Assembly (NCBI GenBank): GCA_000934665.2 | Contig: KZ538197.1 | Location: 62,001 to 104,750, forward strand | Length of the DNA stretch: 42,750 nt | Reading direction: 5' to 3' | Source of the DNA: Catajapyx aquilonaris | Taxonomy: Eukaryota | In this document: in pieces, positions 38,384 to 42,750 of the stretch | Position numbering within the stretch: the stretch's first letter is position 1 | How the letters are laid out: every line of letters starts with the position of its first letter | Translations under genes and position numbers: made by a program | Notes under the pieces: model-generated | What the model was told of the DNA's origin: nothing | The model's database searches: none | Seen by the model: the letters and a program-made list of their open reading frames with translations, nothing else

Positions 38384-39246
38384 TATACGTCAACTTGAAG
38401 CCACAAATCATGTTCAAACCATATTTTCGAAAAAATTCTTGAGACTCCCTAAATCTATTGCCTCCTACTTTGCGCCTTGAAACTGGTGAGCTTCCTTTAA
38501 CTATTCATTTATTTCGCCTTACCGACAAATTATTTTATATTCAAATGAGAAAATCTCCCCACTAACAGTTGAACCAAATTAGCTTATGACTACTCAATGA
38601 AATCATCCCAATTTTTTTGATCACATAACGATAATAATATTCGGTCATATTCTGTAAAAACCTTTATACTTCATTAGATATTGAATGGGGGATCTTATCC
38701 AATTTTCCTTTATCCATAAAAACAGCAGAAAATAAATTTAAAAATCAGCTACTTTCCCAACTAAACCTTACCACCGCTATCAATATTACAAATCCTACAA
38801 ATCTCTATATTATGCACAGGAACAGTACTTCATCCTAGGACTCCCTTTTTACCACTTACGAATGTTATCGGATCTCATACATTTTTCGTCTTATACATAT
38901 TTCAGTAAAAAAAAAAGTTTTTGAAATCAAAGTATCGCATAAAACTGTCTGTGACTAGTCCAACTCCCACTCCTTCTTGAACCTTTCCCATATAATATTT
39001 GATTTCCCCTTTTTCGATGTTCCCCGCCAAGCATACCTACAATCCCTACTCCGCTACCCCTCAGATAAAATCTTCCTTAGCTCTTATGTAACCTATCAAA
39101 ACATGATATTTTCAATTTATCGTATACTGTAGGCGCCGGCTTACTTCAATTACATTCACAAAAGAATGGCCTTGTGTATATAGTCCTATATCAGAGTGTG
39201 TGTGTCCCCCTAAAAAGGCCATAGGGAATGGGATAAAATAAAATTT

Positions 39247-39354
<108 letters not shown>

Positions 39355-39604
39355 ATAGAACTCATAGGTTGTGTCAGCAATATTGTGCCCAAAACTATCT
39401 TTACTAATTCATAGTAATACTCGACTCTGAATTATTTTGTATGACAAATGTCAAAACTCAGTTGGAACGGTTAGCAGAAAGTTCTTACTGAAAGAACAAT
39501 AGTCTCAGCATCAGTTTATTATTCGCTATTGCGCATATTTTACATTAGAATTTATTGATATTAACATTAACTTATAGCGCTAAAAAAATTGCGAACATCT
39601 GACG

Positions 39605-39621
39605 TTTTGAGACACCCTGTA
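39605..39621. mobile_element. Solo Tc1/mariner-like right end
   Basis: TTTTGAGACACCCTG|TA, whose reverse complement CAGGGTGTCTCAAAA is 14/15 identical to the terminus of the 2266 MITE; no left end found. Confidence 0.5.
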
Positions 39622-42600
39622 AATAAGAGAAATCTGTCAACGCATTGCTTCCGCATAATTTAAAGCACCGTATTTCCCATATTGCACGACGACGAGCATG
39701 CTCTGGAAAAGATTATGACGGGAATAATTATTGAGGGAGTGATATAAACATTATTGCTCCGGTACTATTGAGTGTTGTAAGGACCGGATTTTTTCCACTT
39801 TTTTCTGCCGTGCACTTGCAATATGGCAGGTAATGAACATGCGCAAAAAGTGGTTCGTGATGATTGCGGCCCAGGGTACCTCACAAACTCGAGCTACAGC
39901 ACATGAGCCAGGGAACAATGGTGGAAACTTGGAAAGAGCACGAACCTCCATCCATAGCGGTCGGTTGGTAACGGTGAAACGTGAATAATTTCTTCCACAC
40001 GATGAAAAACTCCGCCATGATGCGAAATGACTCACTGCATGGTTTAAAAGTTACTGGAGCCAATTCCACCTAAGAAGTTAGTCAGCACGCTATACTCAGA
40101 TCATATCGACAAAAACGCAGATCAGACCACCATGGCACCATATCTGCAGAAAAATAACAATACACACCATACAATACCGGTACAAGAAACTAATATTGAA
40201 GTATTGGCATATAAAATGGCGACCTATCCTCCAGGCTCCAGGCATCTCTCACCAGATGCCCTCAGGGAGAGTATATGGTCCAGAGCACACCGTTCCTCCT
40301 TGTGCTGCTTGGTCGGCTGCCTTCTACCTCCCTCCCGAAAGGCCAGCAAGTGCATCAAGTTTTAGCTACCACCAAGTCGTGAGTTATAGCAGTCGTTAGC
40401 CCAGATCGAGTCGGGGATTAGGGGGAGTGGATTGTTGGCAGGGGTAGGCAAGCAGGTGCGCCACAACTTGGCTGGCTTGCTGGAAGACTGGCTAGCTCAC
40501 TCGAGAAGATGAAATTCTTCTTGTGCTTTTCCTTCGCCGCTTTTATAAAACCGGATGGATGGCAGCCAGAATGATGGCCGGTTCCTACCAGCCGACCATA
40601 AATGTCGATTTTGAAGAAAGGACTCCCCCTGATGGAAATATGCACTCGGCTGTCTGGTCTCGACTGGATGGATGGATGCACTTGTTTTCTATCTAGCTTG
40701 GCTATACAGGTGTTGCTCTATCTGGACGACACGATCATTCCAGACACTCTACAATGATCGTGTGGAACCACTAAAGCTATACATTCGTTGTGAGAACACT
40801 CATTTCAATGAAACTGCCGGTAAGTTTACTATAATCTTCAGCCACATCTTTCTCCCACACATATTCCGTGACATGTGTGTTTTGATATGCAATGAGCTGC
40901 AGATTTATACAATCATTATTATTTTAATACCATCAATTTCTCAAGGAGGTCAATAGCCTTCAGAGGTGTTCTGCACGAGTTATCGAGGCACACTGGTGTA
41001 CCGCGAAATACAGCTAGTCCAACCAACTTATATCCATGCATGTACTGGTTTATGTATGATATTGGTTTTATTATCCGGAAGTATGGTTTCATTTGTGAGG
41101 ACAAGCACTTCTTTGAGCAATGGGCAGGGAAGATATGATATTCGGAGCAGACCGGATTGACAAACCTCTTGCTGCTGGTGGTGCAGCTCATCATCATTCT
41201 TCTTCCCGAGTGTAAGTTGCTCCACTCTATTATCATCATGACATGCCCTCCTGAATCATCTGGTCGATCCCTGCCTGCTCTGGCCCCGCTCAGTTTAACC
41301 CCTTGACTTCTCTTGTGCACTTGATCCACATCGAACAGAAAGGTAAATTACAGCCCGACACCCAAAGCCTTCCCCACTACGTGTTCAGGTAATAGTACGA
41401 ATCGTATATACCCACAGAGTGAAACTAGGAAAGCAGAGGACATGTGCTGAAACGAAGCCATCTAGATGTCTGGTGTCAATGTCTCGAAGTGTAGGCTACT
41501 CATCTTAGCCTCCTCATAACGAAACGTTGAAAATGTTCTGACACAAAGTGAATGGAAAAATCATTTCACCCTTAGTGATTATGACGTATTCAACTTTAGA
41601 ATGACACAAGCCTTAATATTGTTGTTATTTACTTTGACCATTGTGAGGGAAGTACTATTCTGAGGCTGAATTATACTACATAGACCTATTTTATACTGTA
41701 TACCTCTACAAGAAGGATTTGAATGGTCATGTTTGCTCTATAGTGTATCATATTTTTATTAATAAATATACATATTATACCTTCAAGGGGGGGACAGACT
41801 ATTGACTGTCCTCAAATGTCTATCTTAGCTTTTGTACGAGTTTTTAGTATGTGATAAAAATAACCAGTGCAGTGCGTGGAATGAAATTTAATGAAACCCT
41901 CAATAATTGGACTACTTACACTCCTTAATAAATCAGGCTAATGGTCATAGTCACAATGTCTTTCATTTCTTCTGGTGGGATACCCTCATTAAGCGTGGGC
42001 TTTTGTCTTCCAGCATCTTCTCCAGGAATTCCTCCACATCTGAAATGACATTGATGTCCCTTTAATTGTAATGATCGAATCTCCATTTGATTCATCTTCG
42101 TCAGGATGCACAATCATGTAAGAGAAAATGTATGGTTTGCAAGCCACATTTCCACTGATAGTCCTTGCCAACAACAGACTGATGATCATAAGTCTTGAAC
42201 ATTACCTCGCAGAAAGCCCAACGATGAGACCTTACTTTCTGTGTAGATAATATGTGGTACAGCTCTCGTAATTCATTTTACGATCGTGTGAGGATTTTCT
42301 GGTCACATGATTGACAGTTAAAATATCCTGTGAGGGCAAGCAATTTCTATAATACCCACTGGCAGAAAAGGAATACTGTATAAGCAAAAAACCAGTGGAC
42401 AACTCCATCCAGTCGGATTGTACCCCTGATTGTTTCTTGTGTTCTGATTGGAAGGAAAAAGTGTCCTCTTGTCACCTGGCTTTCCCTGTTCGACATACAC
42501 ATATCTGAACCAAGCCCTTGTGCCAGTCCTGACTCCTGATCAGGCACCCAAGGAGCAGACAGCAGGATCTACCGTCTTATCTAATGCCACACACTACCCA

Positions 42601-42724
42601 ACCCAAATGCGATAGCATGCGGCAATAAGACCCTCTCGAAGGCGTACAGTTATTGGCACACATATCCGAGGTGCAGTACTCTACAGTCTACAGTATACCT
42701 TGAATCAAAATAATGCAATCCATG

Positions 42725-42750
42725 CAGGCGCGGATCCAGGGGGGGGGGGG
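42725..42750 (+). mobile_element. Probable left end of a MITE, truncated by window edge
   Basis: CAGGCGCGGATCCAG followed by a G run, a terminus style common in invertebrate non-autonomous DNA transposons (recalled); partner TIR not in window. Confidence 0.4.

Noticed and set aside
41925..42560. Overlapping minus-strand ORFs that look like a decayed coding sequence
   Set aside because: No motif I can assign to a family; would need a frameshift-aware search.

Overview
Eukaryotic (animal, probably arthropod) genomic DNA, not a prokaryotic locus; nearly all ORFs in the supplied track are spurious. The only host gene I can support is the 5' end of a Serrate/Jagged-type Notch ligand on the minus strand: a 20-codon signal-peptide exon (20699-20640) and a 101-codon MNNL-domain exon (17467-17165). 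These are followed by a >17 kb intron running off the left edge and preceded by about 22 kb with no recognisable gene. The non-coding DNA is a dense, nested transposon landscape. It holds two tRNA-derived SINEs with target-site duplications (TSDs), several TA-flanked Tc1/mariner/pogo-type miniature inverted-repeat elements (MITEs), an 8-bp-TSD MITE, a decayed LINE 3' fragment, several near-perfect palindromes (the largest 263 bp, inside a MITE) and microsatellites. I found no new protein-coding system. The most unusual signals are the long spacer-less palindrome, a window-wide excess of TA-N3/4-TA words resembling excision footprints, two homologous MITEs whose terminal inverted repeats (TIRs) co-vary, and two SINEs sharing a 3' stem-loop tail. 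All counts and alignments were done by eye.
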